A stretch of DNA of 63,925 bases, filler included. It is 6 parts of 6 records of this genome, joined end to end, with 100 filler letters (N's around TTAATTAATTAA, not from the genome) between each part and the next. Parts side by side here need not be neighbours in the genome. Positions count along the whole stretch, not along the records: positions 46,081 to 58,151 come from DRR378314_700; positions 58,252 to 63,925 come from DRR378314_708; 4 more parts are not named here. One strand, 5' to 3'. A program made the translations under genes and the position numbers. Shown piece after piece: positions 52,095 to 61,285 of this stretch. The notes under the pieces were generated by a model, which saw only the letters and a program-made list of their open reading frames with translations, was not told the origin of the DNA and did no database searches. How positions within the stretch are numbered: position 1 is the stretch's first letter; each line of letters starts with the position of its first letter.

Positions 52095-53141
52095 ATGTAC
52101 CCAGCAAAATTGAGCCAACACTTTTCGCCTAAACAGCTTATTTCCGCATGCCTAGTAGGCTCTGCTTTGATGGCAGGGAACGCGCTTGCAGCGACTACGA
52201 TTAATCTAAGTTACAACGGTGCCCCAGACCCGGAAAAGAACGCTGTCCACGTCTTTGCAGAGAATCTTAAAACGTTGGTAGACGAAAAAACTGACGGTGA
52301 GATCCAGCTTAAGCTCTATCCGAATAGCATGCTCGGCGAAGAAGAGGAGCGCATGGAACAAACCATGAATACGCCCATGCTCAATGTGGCGTCATTTGCG
52401 GGTGTTTCTCCTCTTGTGGATGAAATCTTCGTTAGCGCTATTCCGTTTCTGTTCGACGATTTTTCTGCAGCCCACACTTTCTTCGATGAGGGTGAGTATT
52501 GGCAGGAAGTCAGCAACGCTCTGCAGGAGCGTGCCGGTATCGATATGCTAGCCGTTGTGGAAGAGGGCGGCTTTTTGGCGTTCACCAATAACGAAAGACC
52601 GATCAGCCATCCTGACGACTTCGAAGGACTCCGCTTCCGCGCCATGGACCCTAGCCAAGTCGCTCTTTATGAGGCCTTCGGCGCCTCCGGCACTCCCATC
52701 CCCTGGACAGAGACCTATATGGCACTGCGCACCGGGGTGGCTAACGGGCAAATGAACCCGCCGATGTATATCATCTTAGGCAGCCTTTACGAAGTGCAGG
52801 ACTACCTGACCCTCGCCAATATCCAGTACTCCGACCAGTTCCTGGTAGGCAACAGCGACATGATCGCAGGTTGGGATGATGAGCTTCGCAGCGCCTTTAT
52901 GGAGGCCGTCTCCGAAGCTAATCACAATGCCCGTGAGCACAATGAGGAGCAGGTAGAGGCGCGTATCGCCTATCTGGAAGAGCAAGGCATGGAAGTCATT
53001 CGTCCCTCTGAAGAAGAGCTAGCCGCTTTCCGCGAAATCGGCCAGCCTGCCTACCTTGAGTGGCTCGGTGAGCGTGATATCGAGCAGCGCTGGATCGATA
53101 TGGCATTGGAAGATGCAGGCATGAGCGAACTGCTCGACTAA
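52095..53141 (+). CDS. dctP: TRAP transporter substrate-binding protein (DctP family)
   Basis: Signal peptide; LYPNSMLGEE, DFEGLRFRAM (conserved Arg), IPWTETYMALRTGVANGQMNP. Confidence 0.93.
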   Translation: MYPAKLSQHFSPKQLISACLVGSALMAGNALAATTINLSYNGAPDPEKNAVHVFAENLKTLVDEKTDGEIQLKLYPNSMLGEEEERMEQTMNTPMLNVASFAGVSPLVDEIFVSAIPFLFDDFSAAHTFFDEGEYWQEVSNALQERAGIDMLAVVEEGGFLAFTNNERPISHPDDFEGLRFRAMDPSQVALYEAFGASGTPIPWTETYMALRTGVANGQMNPPMYIILGSLYEVQDYLTLANIQYSDQFLVGNSDMIAGWDDELRSAFMEAVSEANHNAREHNEEQVEARIAYLEEQGMEVIRPSEEELAAFREIGQPAYLEWLGERDIEQRWIDMALEDAGMSELLD

Positions 53142-53155
53142 CGGCTGTTAACAAC

Positions 53156-53182
53156 AGGGGGCTGGCACCTTACCGGCCCCCT
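53156..53182 (+). terminator. Stem-loop after dctP (attenuator or mRNA stabiliser)
   Basis: AGGGGGCTGG-cacctta-CCGGCCCCCT with a weak T tail. Confidence 0.6.
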
Positions 53183-53188
53183 ATTTCC

Positions 53189-53272
53189 AGTACTTAATAT
53201 CCTAGTACTTAATACTCCAGTACTTAAGACCCTAGCACTTAATATTCAAGTGCTTAACGTTCCTGTGCTTCA
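53189..53272. repeat. Degenerate 15-nt tandem repeat (5 full copies plus 1 partial; consensus AGTACTTAATAYYCY)
   Basis: Units at 53189, 53204, 53219, 53234, 53249 and 53264 in the dctP-dctQ spacer. Confidence 0.85.
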
Positions 53273-53284
53273 TGGAAGGCTGCC

Positions 53285-53776
53285 ATGTTTAATACGCTTC
53301 GATCCCGTCTTTTAGCGATCAGCCGCCCTGTTACCTTAACTCTGGCGGGCGCACTGTTATCGCTCAATGTTGCGGCCATTCTGTTTGGGGTGTTTGCACG
53401 CTACATCGCTGGTGGCGCGCCTATCTGGACAGATGAGCTTTCACGTTTTTTGATCATCGCCACCGTGATGCTCGCGGCTGGCGCTGTCTGGTCTGAAGGA
53501 GGACATATGCGCGTTGGCCTGTTAGAGAAACGGCTGCCCGCCCCCTTTGCTCGCTTGCTAAACGTGTACCAATGGCTACTCACCCTGCTAATTGCAGCGG
53601 GGGGTGCTTGGGTTAGCTATCGCTATGCGCTATCGGTCAGCATGTTTACCACTTCTGGGCTCGGCATTAGCCGCACGGTGCCACTGCTCTCGCTACCTAT
53701 TGGCTTTCTGCTACTGGCTTGGCATGTGCTTCTCTATGGCCCTGCGCCACTCAAGACCATCGAGGACGACCTATGA
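53285..53776 (+). CDS. dctQ: TRAP transporter small permease
   Basis: Four TM helices; WTDELSRFL, GGHMRV. Confidence 0.92.
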   Translation: MFNTLRSRLLAISRPVTLTLAGALLSLNVAAILFGVFARYIAGGAPIWTDELSRFLIIATVMLAAGAVWSEGGHMRVGLLEKRLPAPFARLLNVYQWLLTLLIAAGGAWVSYRYALSVSMFTTSGLGISRTVPLLSLPIGFLLLAWHVLLYGPAPLKTIEDDL

Positions 53777-55047
53777 TTGTCACTATGCTGGTTGTTTTCC
53801 TGGGCCACGTCTTGCTTGGGCTGCCTCTGTTTATCGCCCTGCTTACCACCGCAATAGTCGGTTTTTTGTTTGTCGACCCCTCAATGATTCCACGCATGCT
53901 GCCCCAGCAATTCTTTGGTGGTATCAATGTATTCTCCTTGATGGCGATTCCGTTATTTATCTTCGCTGGCAACCTGATGAACGTCAGCGGCTTAACTGAA
54001 CGCTTGATGGGGCTCGCCCGCCTGATGGTAGGGCATTTGCGGGGCGGAATGGGTCACGTCAATGTGGTGTCGAGCGTATTTTTCGCGGGTGTTAATGGCT
54101 CAGCAGTGGCGGACACCTCGGCACTTGGGTCGCTGTTAGTGCCTGCTATGGAGAAAGAGGGCTACTCACGAGCCTTTGCCGCTGGGTTGACCGCCGGCAG
54201 TTCGTTAATCGGCCCGATTATTCCACCCAGTATCTTTATGATTCTCTACGCCTCACTGACCAACACCTCGGTCGGCGATCTATTTCTGGCAGGCGTTGTG
54301 CCGGGGTTGCTACTGGGCGTTGCCTTTATGGGCATGAACGCTTGGTATGCTTGGCGCCATCAGTTACCCAAAAGTGGCCAGCTGCCCTCACTCAGCCAAC
54401 TTGGCGTAGCCTTCGTAGCCGCTCTGCCGGCACTTATTGCCCCTTTTATTATTGTTGCTGGCATCGTGCTGGGCTTCGTGACGCCAACAGAGTCAGGCGC
54501 ATTGACAGCGCTGTATGTCGCGTTGTGCGGGGTCGTGTTGGGAGGATTGCGTTTTAAAGAGTGCTGGAAAGCTATCGTCGATACGGCACGCTTAACCTCG
54601 GCGATTTTTCTGATTATGGCCGCCTCAGCGACAATTAGCTGGTTACTCTCCTATGCGCAAGTGCCCGCGCAATTTGTCTCGCTGCTATCGCCCTACGTAG
54701 ACAATAGCGTGGTTATTTTATTGCTGCTAAGCGCGATCACCTTCGTCACGGGAATGTTTATGGAGGAAGTGTCAGCGTTGATGCTACTGACGCCTATCTT
54801 TGCGCCAGTGGCGATGATGGCGGGTATCGACCCCATTCATCTGGGTGTCATCATCACGCTTAACATTACCATTGCGTTAATCACCCCGCCGCTAGGTGCC
54901 TGCGTGTTTGTCGCCGCCGCAGTCAGTCGACTTGAGATAGTGTCGCTGTTCAGAACCATTTGGCCCTTTGTACTGACAGCGATTGCGGTGCTTATTCTAC
55001 TCATCCTGTTTCCATCACTGACGCTGTGGCTGCCTGCTCAGTTTTAA
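53773..55047 (+). CDS. dctM: TRAP transporter large permease
   Basis: LMAIPLFIFAGNLM, GSAVAD, IIPPSI, TPTES, ITPPLG; ATGA overlap with dctQ. Confidence 0.95.
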   Translation: MIVTMLVVFLGHVLLGLPLFIALLTTAIVGFLFVDPSMIPRMLPQQFFGGINVFSLMAIPLFIFAGNLMNVSGLTERLMGLARLMVGHLRGGMGHVNVVSSVFFAGVNGSAVADTSALGSLLVPAMEKEGYSRAFAAGLTAGSSLIGPIIPPSIFMILYASLTNTSVGDLFLAGVVPGLLLGVAFMGMNAWYAWRHQLPKSGQLPSLSQLGVAFVAALPALIAPFIIVAGIVLGFVTPTESGALTALYVALCGVVLGGLRFKECWKAIVDTARLTSAIFLIMAASATISWLLSYAQVPAQFVSLLSPYVDNSVVILLLLSAITFVTGMFMEEVSALMLLTPIFAPVAMMAGIDPIHLGVIITLNITIALITPPLGACVFVAAAVSRLEIVSLFRTIWPFVLTAIAVLILLILFPSLTLWLPAQF

Positions 55048-55093
55048 GAGCCTGTTTTAAGAACCTGTTTTGATAACACTCTGCTTGGACAAC

Positions 55094-55855
55094 ATGATGT
55101 CTTTGAACACACTATTGAAGGCCTTGCCGCCTCTACCCAGCCACCTAGCGCCAAACTGGGAACAGCTGCGCCGAACATCTATTGAAGATAACGGTGAGCG
55201 CTTGGTGCCAATGAGCCTCGCCCCCGCACCGATTAGCGTATTCCCCGCCTATGCTCGGCTGGGCATTCCCGGCGCGGTACCGGAGTGTTTCGTTCGGGAA
55301 AGCGTTTATCGGGCGCTACTCGCCGCAGCGCGCAGCTTGCCCGAAGGGATCGGTCTAATCGTGCTCGACGGCTGGCGTCCATGGCGGGTACAGCAGTACT
55401 TATTTGATACCCTGCACGAAGCTATCCAGCACCATCAGCCCGGCCTCAGTGAAGCCGAGCTACTGGAGCGCACACGGGAGTTTGTCTCTATCCCCAGCCG
55501 CGACCCATTAGCACCCAGCCCACATCTCACCGGCGGCGCCGTCGATGTCACGCTATGTGATGCCGATGGGCTGCCGCTGGATATGGGGACACTGTTTGAT
55601 GAAGCGATCCCCGCCTCTCATAGCGACTATTTCGAGCACCTGGAAACGCTAACGCCGCAGCAAGTCAACGCCCGCGATCATCGCCGCCTGCTGTATCACA
55701 CCATGCAACAGCAAGGCTTCACTAACCTGCCTAGCGAGTGGTGGCACTTCGATTACGGCGATCAATTATGGGCCTACTACGGGTCACATCAGCAGGCGCA
55801 TTACGGCCCGGCAGAGTTGGACACCATTGAGAATCGCTGGCGCCGACAGCTGTAG
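55094..55855 (+). CDS. M15D zinc D-Ala-D-Ala dipeptidase family (VanX/DdpX-like)
   Basis: LDGWRP, SPHLTGGAVDVTL (SxHxxGxAxD), LDMGTLFD, EWWHFDYGDQLWA; no signal peptide. Confidence 0.9.
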   Translation: MMSLNTLLKALPPLPSHLAPNWEQLRRTSIEDNGERLVPMSLAPAPISVFPAYARLGIPGAVPECFVRESVYRALLAAARSLPEGIGLIVLDGWRPWRVQQYLFDTLHEAIQHHQPGLSEAELLERTREFVSIPSRDPLAPSPHLTGGAVDVTLCDADGLPLDMGTLFDEAIPASHSDYFEHLETLTPQQVNARDHRRLLYHTMQQQGFTNLPSEWWHFDYGDQLWAYYGSHQQAHYGPAELDTIENRWRRQL

Positions 55856-55927
55856 TTGACTAGGCACGATGCCACTCCAGGTAAAGGGCATCGTCGCCTA
55901 GAACTCACACTACCTTATCAAGGATGC

Positions 55928-58151
55928 TCAGATTGCGTTTCCCGCTACCGCATGCTTGCTACCGATAGACGAGCTTGCTCTTGCTACCCAAAGCCGATAA
56001 AGCGCTGGGGTAAAGAAAAACGACACCAGCGTTGCCAAAAGCAGCCCAAATCCGACGGTTTGCGCGAAAGGTGGCCACAATCCACCTGCCGCCATCATCA
56101 ATGGAATTAATCCTGCGAAAGTGGTGATCGTCGTTGAGATAATATGCCGACTGGTGGGGCCGCTAATGACCGCTAACATGGCATCGATATCGCCTTGGCA
56201 TGCCGCTTCATCGTCGTCAAACGCAGCAATGATGATAATAGTGGCATTAATCGCCACACCCACCAGCCCCATAATGCCGACAATAATGACAAAACCGAAT
56301 GCATGACCACTGAGCAGCAGCGCTACAATGCCCATGCCCATCGCCTGGGCACCGGCAATAAACACAATGGCAGCGCGGCGAAAGGAATTAAACGCCAGCA
56401 CGACCGTTGCCACCATGGCAATCACCAACAGTATCACCGAGGCCAGCAGGTTACCCACGGCTTCGCTACGTTCGGCGGCCTCACCACCGGTTTCAATGCG
56501 ATAGCCAGAAGGGAGGTGAATTTCTCCTGCATTGAGCGCGTTCTGCAACGCGTCCTCTAGCTGTGCCATGGAAACTGCCGGCAACGCATCGGCTACCAAG
56601 TAGCCTTGCACTAACTGCACCCGTTCCGCATTACGGCGAGTAATCACGCTCCAGGCTGGCGTTAGCGATACCTCCGCCACGGCCGCTAGCGGCAACCCCT
56701 CTGCGACGCCATCACTGACTAAGCGCAGCGCAGCAAGCTGTTCAGCATCGGTGCGCCATTCACCAACATAACGCACTCGGACGGGAAGCTGCTGAGTATC
56801 TTCCAGCAGCATGCCTGCAGACTGGCCCGACAGTGCAGCACCAACCTGTTCCGCTAGGCGTTGTGGCGTGAGGCCTGCATCGTGGAGCGCCGTTTGATCG
56901 ATATCCAGCGTTAGCCTGGGCAGGTCGCGCTGCATGCCTGCGCGCACATGGGTTACCTGAGGCAACTGATGCATTAGATGCGCTAGTTCAAGTCCCAGCG
57001 ATGACAGTATGTCCAAGTCATCGCCATAGACTCGTAGCTCAATCGGTGCTTTAAACGGAGGCCCCTGCTCATACTTACGCACCACGCTTTGCGCCTGCGG
57101 AAAGTGTTGATCAAGCACTTGCTGCAGCATTGGCACCCGCTGGTTAGTCACCGCTAACGACTCGGCATCAACAATCAAGTGTAAAAACGCTGGGTTGTTA
57201 TCCTCATTGGTCAATACGTTGTAGTACATCATGGGGGCGCTTTCGCCGATAAATGCCGACACCCGCTTGATGCCCGGCAGCTCTCGGATAAGGGTTACGG
57301 CTTCATCGGCCAACGCAGCGGTATTGGCGATGCTGCTAGCCGGTGGCAAGCGTACTTCAATGTGGAATTGGTCACGGTCTGCCGGTGGAAAAAACGCGAC
57401 GTCTAACGTTGGCATTAGCGCGATACCACTCACAGGCACGCATAAGGTAATGATCATGGCAGCCACCGGATGACACAGCGAGCTACGTACGGCCCCCCGA
57501 AAACCACGCTTAATCACGTTATCTTGTGAGCCTGACGGTTTCTTCGCCACGCTGGCCAGCAGCATCGGAGAGAGCGCTGGCACTAACAGCAGCGATACCA
57601 AGTAAGAACTCACCAACGCTACAATAACGGCCAGGGCTAGCGGTCCTACGAACTCTCCGGCGGGCCCCGGCATTAGCACAATTGGCATAAACGCCAGAAT
57701 GGTCGTCAGGGTGCTGGCCAGTAACGGCACGGCTAAATGGCGCAAGGCATCTCGGGTCGCGGCAATCACTGAGTCCCCTTGCAAGAAGCGCTCACGAAGG
57801 GCGTTGGTCATGACAATGGCGTTATCCACCATTAACCCCAGCGCCACAATAATGCCGGTAATGCTCATTTGGTGGATATCAATACCCAGTGGCTTGAAAA
57901 ACGCCAACGTGAGCAGCGCCGTGGCGGGAATCGCTAGTCCCACCGTGATCGCCGAGCGCCAGCCCATGCTTAAAAACAGAATAGCCACTACCAGCACTAA
58001 CCCTATCAGCAAGCTGCTAGCGACATCGCTTAAGCGCTGATTGGTGTAACTTGCTTGTTCAAACACCACTTCAACATCAAGGCCCACGGGCAGCTCGTCA
58101 GCAAACGCCATTAGTTGTTGCTGAGCCCGCTCAACCCAAACATCAATACGC
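55928..58151 (-). CDS. RND efflux transporter permease (AcrB/AcrD/AcrF family), 5'-truncated
   Basis: ALGLMVDNAIV, STLTTILAF.P, FFPPADR; frame open to the contig edge. Confidence 0.93.
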
Positions 58152-58251
58152 NNNNNNNNNNNNNNNNNNNNNNNNNNNNNNNNNNNNNNNNNNNNTTAAT
58201 TAATTAANNNNNNNNNNNNNNNNNNNNNNNNNNNNNNNNNNNNNNNNNNNN
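58152..58251. other. Artificial contig-joining spacer
   Basis: N44-TTAATTAATTAA-N44. Confidence 0.99.
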
Positions 58252-58395
58252 ACGCCACTTTACTAGTATAAAAAAGTATTAAAAATAGACAATCAACATC
58301 CCACTATATTGATATAGAACAATAAGTGCTTTTTATTTATATGCATATAAAGTAGATTGTCATCGCCGTTAAAAAATAGAGAAGTAATAATAATT

Positions 58396-59748
58396 ATGAG
58401 CGCAGTTAGAGGGGAGTTTAGCTCCCGTTTTGGATTCATTATGGCCGCCGCAGGCTCAGCGGTTGGGTTAGGTAATATTTGGGGCTTTCCCACTCAAACA
58501 GCCAGCAATGGCGGCGCAGCATTTTTAGTTGCCTACTTGATTCTTGCTTTTTGTTTAGCTTACCCTGCTCTAATGGCAGAATTAACAATTGGCCGCCATG
58601 GTCAAGCTAATGCAGTTTCATCACTGCGCAAAATATCCAATACAAAATCACAAAAGCAATTTGCTTTTATAGTGGGCTTTGGTGGCATTATTTGTGCCGG
58701 GCTAATTTTAAGCTTTTACGCAATTGTTGCAGGTTGGATGATAAGCGCAACCTTAGAGCCGATTGCCACATTAACCTCAAATCAATCAGTTACTAATTGG
58801 CTAAGTGAACAATCTTTATCAAGAAATTTATTGTTTACGGCAGGTTTTATTATTTTAACCGTGGCGATTATCAGCCGAGGTGTGGAGAACGGCATTGAGA
58901 AGTGGTCTAAACGTTTAATGCCTGCTCTTCTGTCAATTCTATTTGCACTCATCATTTATGTAATGATGCAAGAAGGTGCTATGACAGGTCTTAAGGCATA
59001 TTTAGTTCCTGATTTTGGTTCGATTTTAAACCCCGAATTGCTGGTAAACGCACTTGGCCAAGCATTTTTCTCCTTGTCGCTTGGCACCAGTGTTATGATC
59101 ATTTATGGCTCATATATTAGCAAAAAAGAAAACCTTGTTTCACTCGGTGCTTATGTCACTTTGATTGATGTATTTATTGCTTTTGTGGCAGGCCTTTTAA
59201 TCATTCCAGCCATGTATGTAGCGCAAGCCCAAGGTGTTGAAATTTTTAGTGCACAAGGCGAGCTGCTCTCCGAAGACACTTTAGTTTTTCAAGTTCTGCC
59301 AGCCCTCTTTGATGGTATGGGTACTATCGGTTTATTTGTTGGCTTTGCATTCTTTGCCCTAATGAGTATCGCCGCATTAACATCGTCAATTTCTATGTTA
59401 GAAGCCCCTGTTTCGTATGCAGTAGAGCGATTCTCACTCGACAGAATCAAGGCTACTTGGTTGATTGGCGCTATTATAACTTTGGTAAGTTCCACTATCG
59501 TCATTTACTTTGATACGTTATTTGGCCTCGTCATCACCATCACCACTAAGTTTGGGCAACCTTTGTTAGGACTTATGTGTTGCTTATTTGTCGGCTGGAT
59601 TTGGTATAGAAACTCATTACTTGAGGAGATAAAGCAAGGGTGTCCTGATGTGGCTAACAGTGTATTTTGGAAGATATGGCCTTGGTACATTAAGTTCATT
59701 TGCCCACTTGCCATTTCATTAGTGTTCATCAATTCAATTTTTGGTTAA
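58396..59748 (+). CDS. Sodium-dependent transporter, NSS/SNF family
   Basis: FSSRFGFIMAAAGSAVGLGNIWGFP, NGGAAF, ALGQAFFSLSLG. Confidence 0.95.
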   Translation: MSAVRGEFSSRFGFIMAAAGSAVGLGNIWGFPTQTASNGGAAFLVAYLILAFCLAYPALMAELTIGRHGQANAVSSLRKISNTKSQKQFAFIVGFGGIICAGLILSFYAIVAGWMISATLEPIATLTSNQSVTNWLSEQSLSRNLLFTAGFIILTVAIISRGVENGIEKWSKRLMPALLSILFALIIYVMMQEGAMTGLKAYLVPDFGSILNPELLVNALGQAFFSLSLGTSVMIIYGSYISKKENLVSLGAYVTLIDVFIAFVAGLLIIPAMYVAQAQGVEIFSAQGELLSEDTLVFQVLPALFDGMGTIGLFVGFAFFALMSIAALTSSISMLEAPVSYAVERFSLDRIKATWLIGAIITLVSSTIVIYFDTLFGLVITITTKFGQPLLGLMCCLFVGWIWYRNSLLEEIKQGCPDVANSVFWKIWPWYIKFICPLAISLVFINSIFG

Positions 59749-59772
59749 TTTACACCTATTAACAAGCGCCCA

Positions 59773-60225
59773 TTAACTTATTGGGCGCTTTAAAATCATA
59801 TCTTGATGCTCTATACCATCTTCTAAGTACGGCTGCTTTATAGCTGTAAAGCCAAGGGCTTGATAAAAATCTAACAAGTAGGTTTGGGCACCAATATATA
59901 TTTCTCTGCTGGGCCATAATTTAAAGCACCTTTCGATTGCTTGTGTTACCAACTCGTGTGCAAACCCGTTGCCACGATGCTCTTTACTAATCAGCACGCG
60001 CCCTATCGCACTGTACTTATCATCTTTTAAGTAACATCGAGCATATGCGCCAAGGTGTTCGTCAGTAAGCCAATAAAGGTGCTCTGTGGTGTTATTGCAA
60101 TCTACGCTATCTAGCTCTGGGTATGCGCAAGCTTGTTCTACAACAAAAACATCGACACGCCCCTTTGCAATCAGAAATAATTCTTTTGTTGTCAATTCTG
60201 AAAATGACTTGGTTATTAAATTCAT
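59773..60225 (-). CDS. elaA: GNAT acetyltransferase, ElaA-like
   Basis: R.DVFVVEQ.CAYPELD, IGRV, AQTYL..FY..LGF, YLEDGIEH.DM. Confidence 0.88.
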   Translation of the reverse strand: MNLITKSFSELTTKELFLIAKGRVDVFVVEQACAYPELDSVDCNNTTEHLYWLTDEHLGAYARCYLKDDKYSAIGRVLISKEHRGNGFAHELVTQAIERCFKLWPSREIYIGAQTYLLDFYQALGFTAIKQPYLEDGIEHQDMILKRPIS

Positions 60226-60237
60226 AAAAATCCTAAT

Positions 60238-60262
60238 AAAAAAGCCCAGACAATGCTGGGCT
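60238..60262 (-). terminator. Intrinsic terminator after the Spo0M-like gene
   Basis: AGCCCAG/CTGGGCT stem followed by a T run on the minus strand. Confidence 0.7.
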
Positions 60263-60284
60263 ATTAAACGAGATAAATGTAAGT

Positions 60285-61028
60285 CTATGCAAATAATCGT
60301 TCAAGCTGATCACACAACTGGGATAAATTAACATGGTCATGTTCAATGGTTAAATCTACGTAACCATCACCACGAAACGCTCTATCAAGTTCAATCAATA
60401 CATGCGTCTTATGGGCCTCAGGGACAAATGACAACTCAATCTCTTGCAAACCAAATAAACTGCGGCTATTTGGTTTATATTCAAGCTCTTGATAACAACC
60501 AGATACTGAGCTAAATGTTGTAGCACGCAAATACCCTTTTTCTACATCTGCTTTAACTAAGCTAAAACCGAGGTTATCCATTGCCTGCATAAAGGTATTA
60601 ACTGCATCATTAGGGTAAATATGCAGGTGATCTTTATCACTTGGATCAAGTGCCAGATCAATGTCTAATCCTGTCTCAAGCCAAACGTGCGATTGGTTAT
60701 ACCCGGCATTAATTTCTGTTATCGGCGTTTCTGAATGTAGACGAGCTTCAAAAGGAATATGTTTTTCTTGTCCTGGCTCTATTGTGCCAATGTCAGTGAT
60801 CCGCCACTTATCTATTACGTGATTTGTGAAATAACTGCCCTCTTCACCTTCTACTTTTACCCGCGTCATCAACGCTAAATCGAGCCCAGATATTTCTTGG
60901 CTTACATCACCTGCTGTGATCACAATTTGAGCATTAAACTTTTGCCCAGGCTGAAGGTGCTCGGTTTCTAAAATAGTATCAACTTTTGCTGCACCAATAC
61001 CGACTGATGCAAGAATTTTTTTAAACAT
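60285..61028 (-). CDS. Spo0M (SpoOM) family protein
   Basis: MFKKILASVGIGAAKVDTIL, ETPIT, TGLDIDLALDPSDKD, QELEYKP. Confidence 0.92.
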   Translation of the reverse strand: MFKKILASVGIGAAKVDTILETEHLQPGQKFNAQIVITAGDVSQEISGLDLALMTRVKVEGEEGSYFTNHVIDKWRITDIGTIEPGQEKHIPFEARLHSETPITEINAGYNQSHVWLETGLDIDLALDPSDKDHLHIYPNDAVNTFMQAMDNLGFSLVKADVEKGYLRATTFSSVSGCYQELEYKPNSRSLFGLQEIELSFVPEAHKTHVLIELDRAFRGDGYVDLTIEHDHVNLSQLCDQLERLFA

Positions 61029-61285
61029 CTATTTCTCCTTAAGCGTAGCCGCCTTAATACAACCACACCTAAAATCCTTTGTTACTGCATCTTAACCATA
61101 TTTAAAAGCTGATGTCAGCGAAAAAATAGCTATTTAATCAGTTTTTACATTAAACAATGCACTATTGCATGTTTTTCATACGAATTATAGATAGTTCAAG
61201 TGTATCTTCATTAGTCATACTATTTATTTCAAAAACACTGAGATTTCGCTACACTGTAAAAACAAATGAAGTCATATTAAGTATT

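Noticed and set aside
53189..53272. Possible mini-CRISPR array
   Set aside because: The 15-nt period leaves no room for spacers and there are no cas genes; kept only as a tandem repeat
55094..55855. VanX-like gene as vancomycin resistance
   Set aside because: No vanH, vanA or vanRS; Gram-negative host; transporter context points to catabolism
14688..58251. Five identical N-flanked TTAATTAATTAA elements as a biological repeat, and gene neighbourhoods that cross them
   Set aside because: They are artificial contig linkers; flanking genes are truncated and base composition changes abruptly, so no cross-spacer synteny is meaningful
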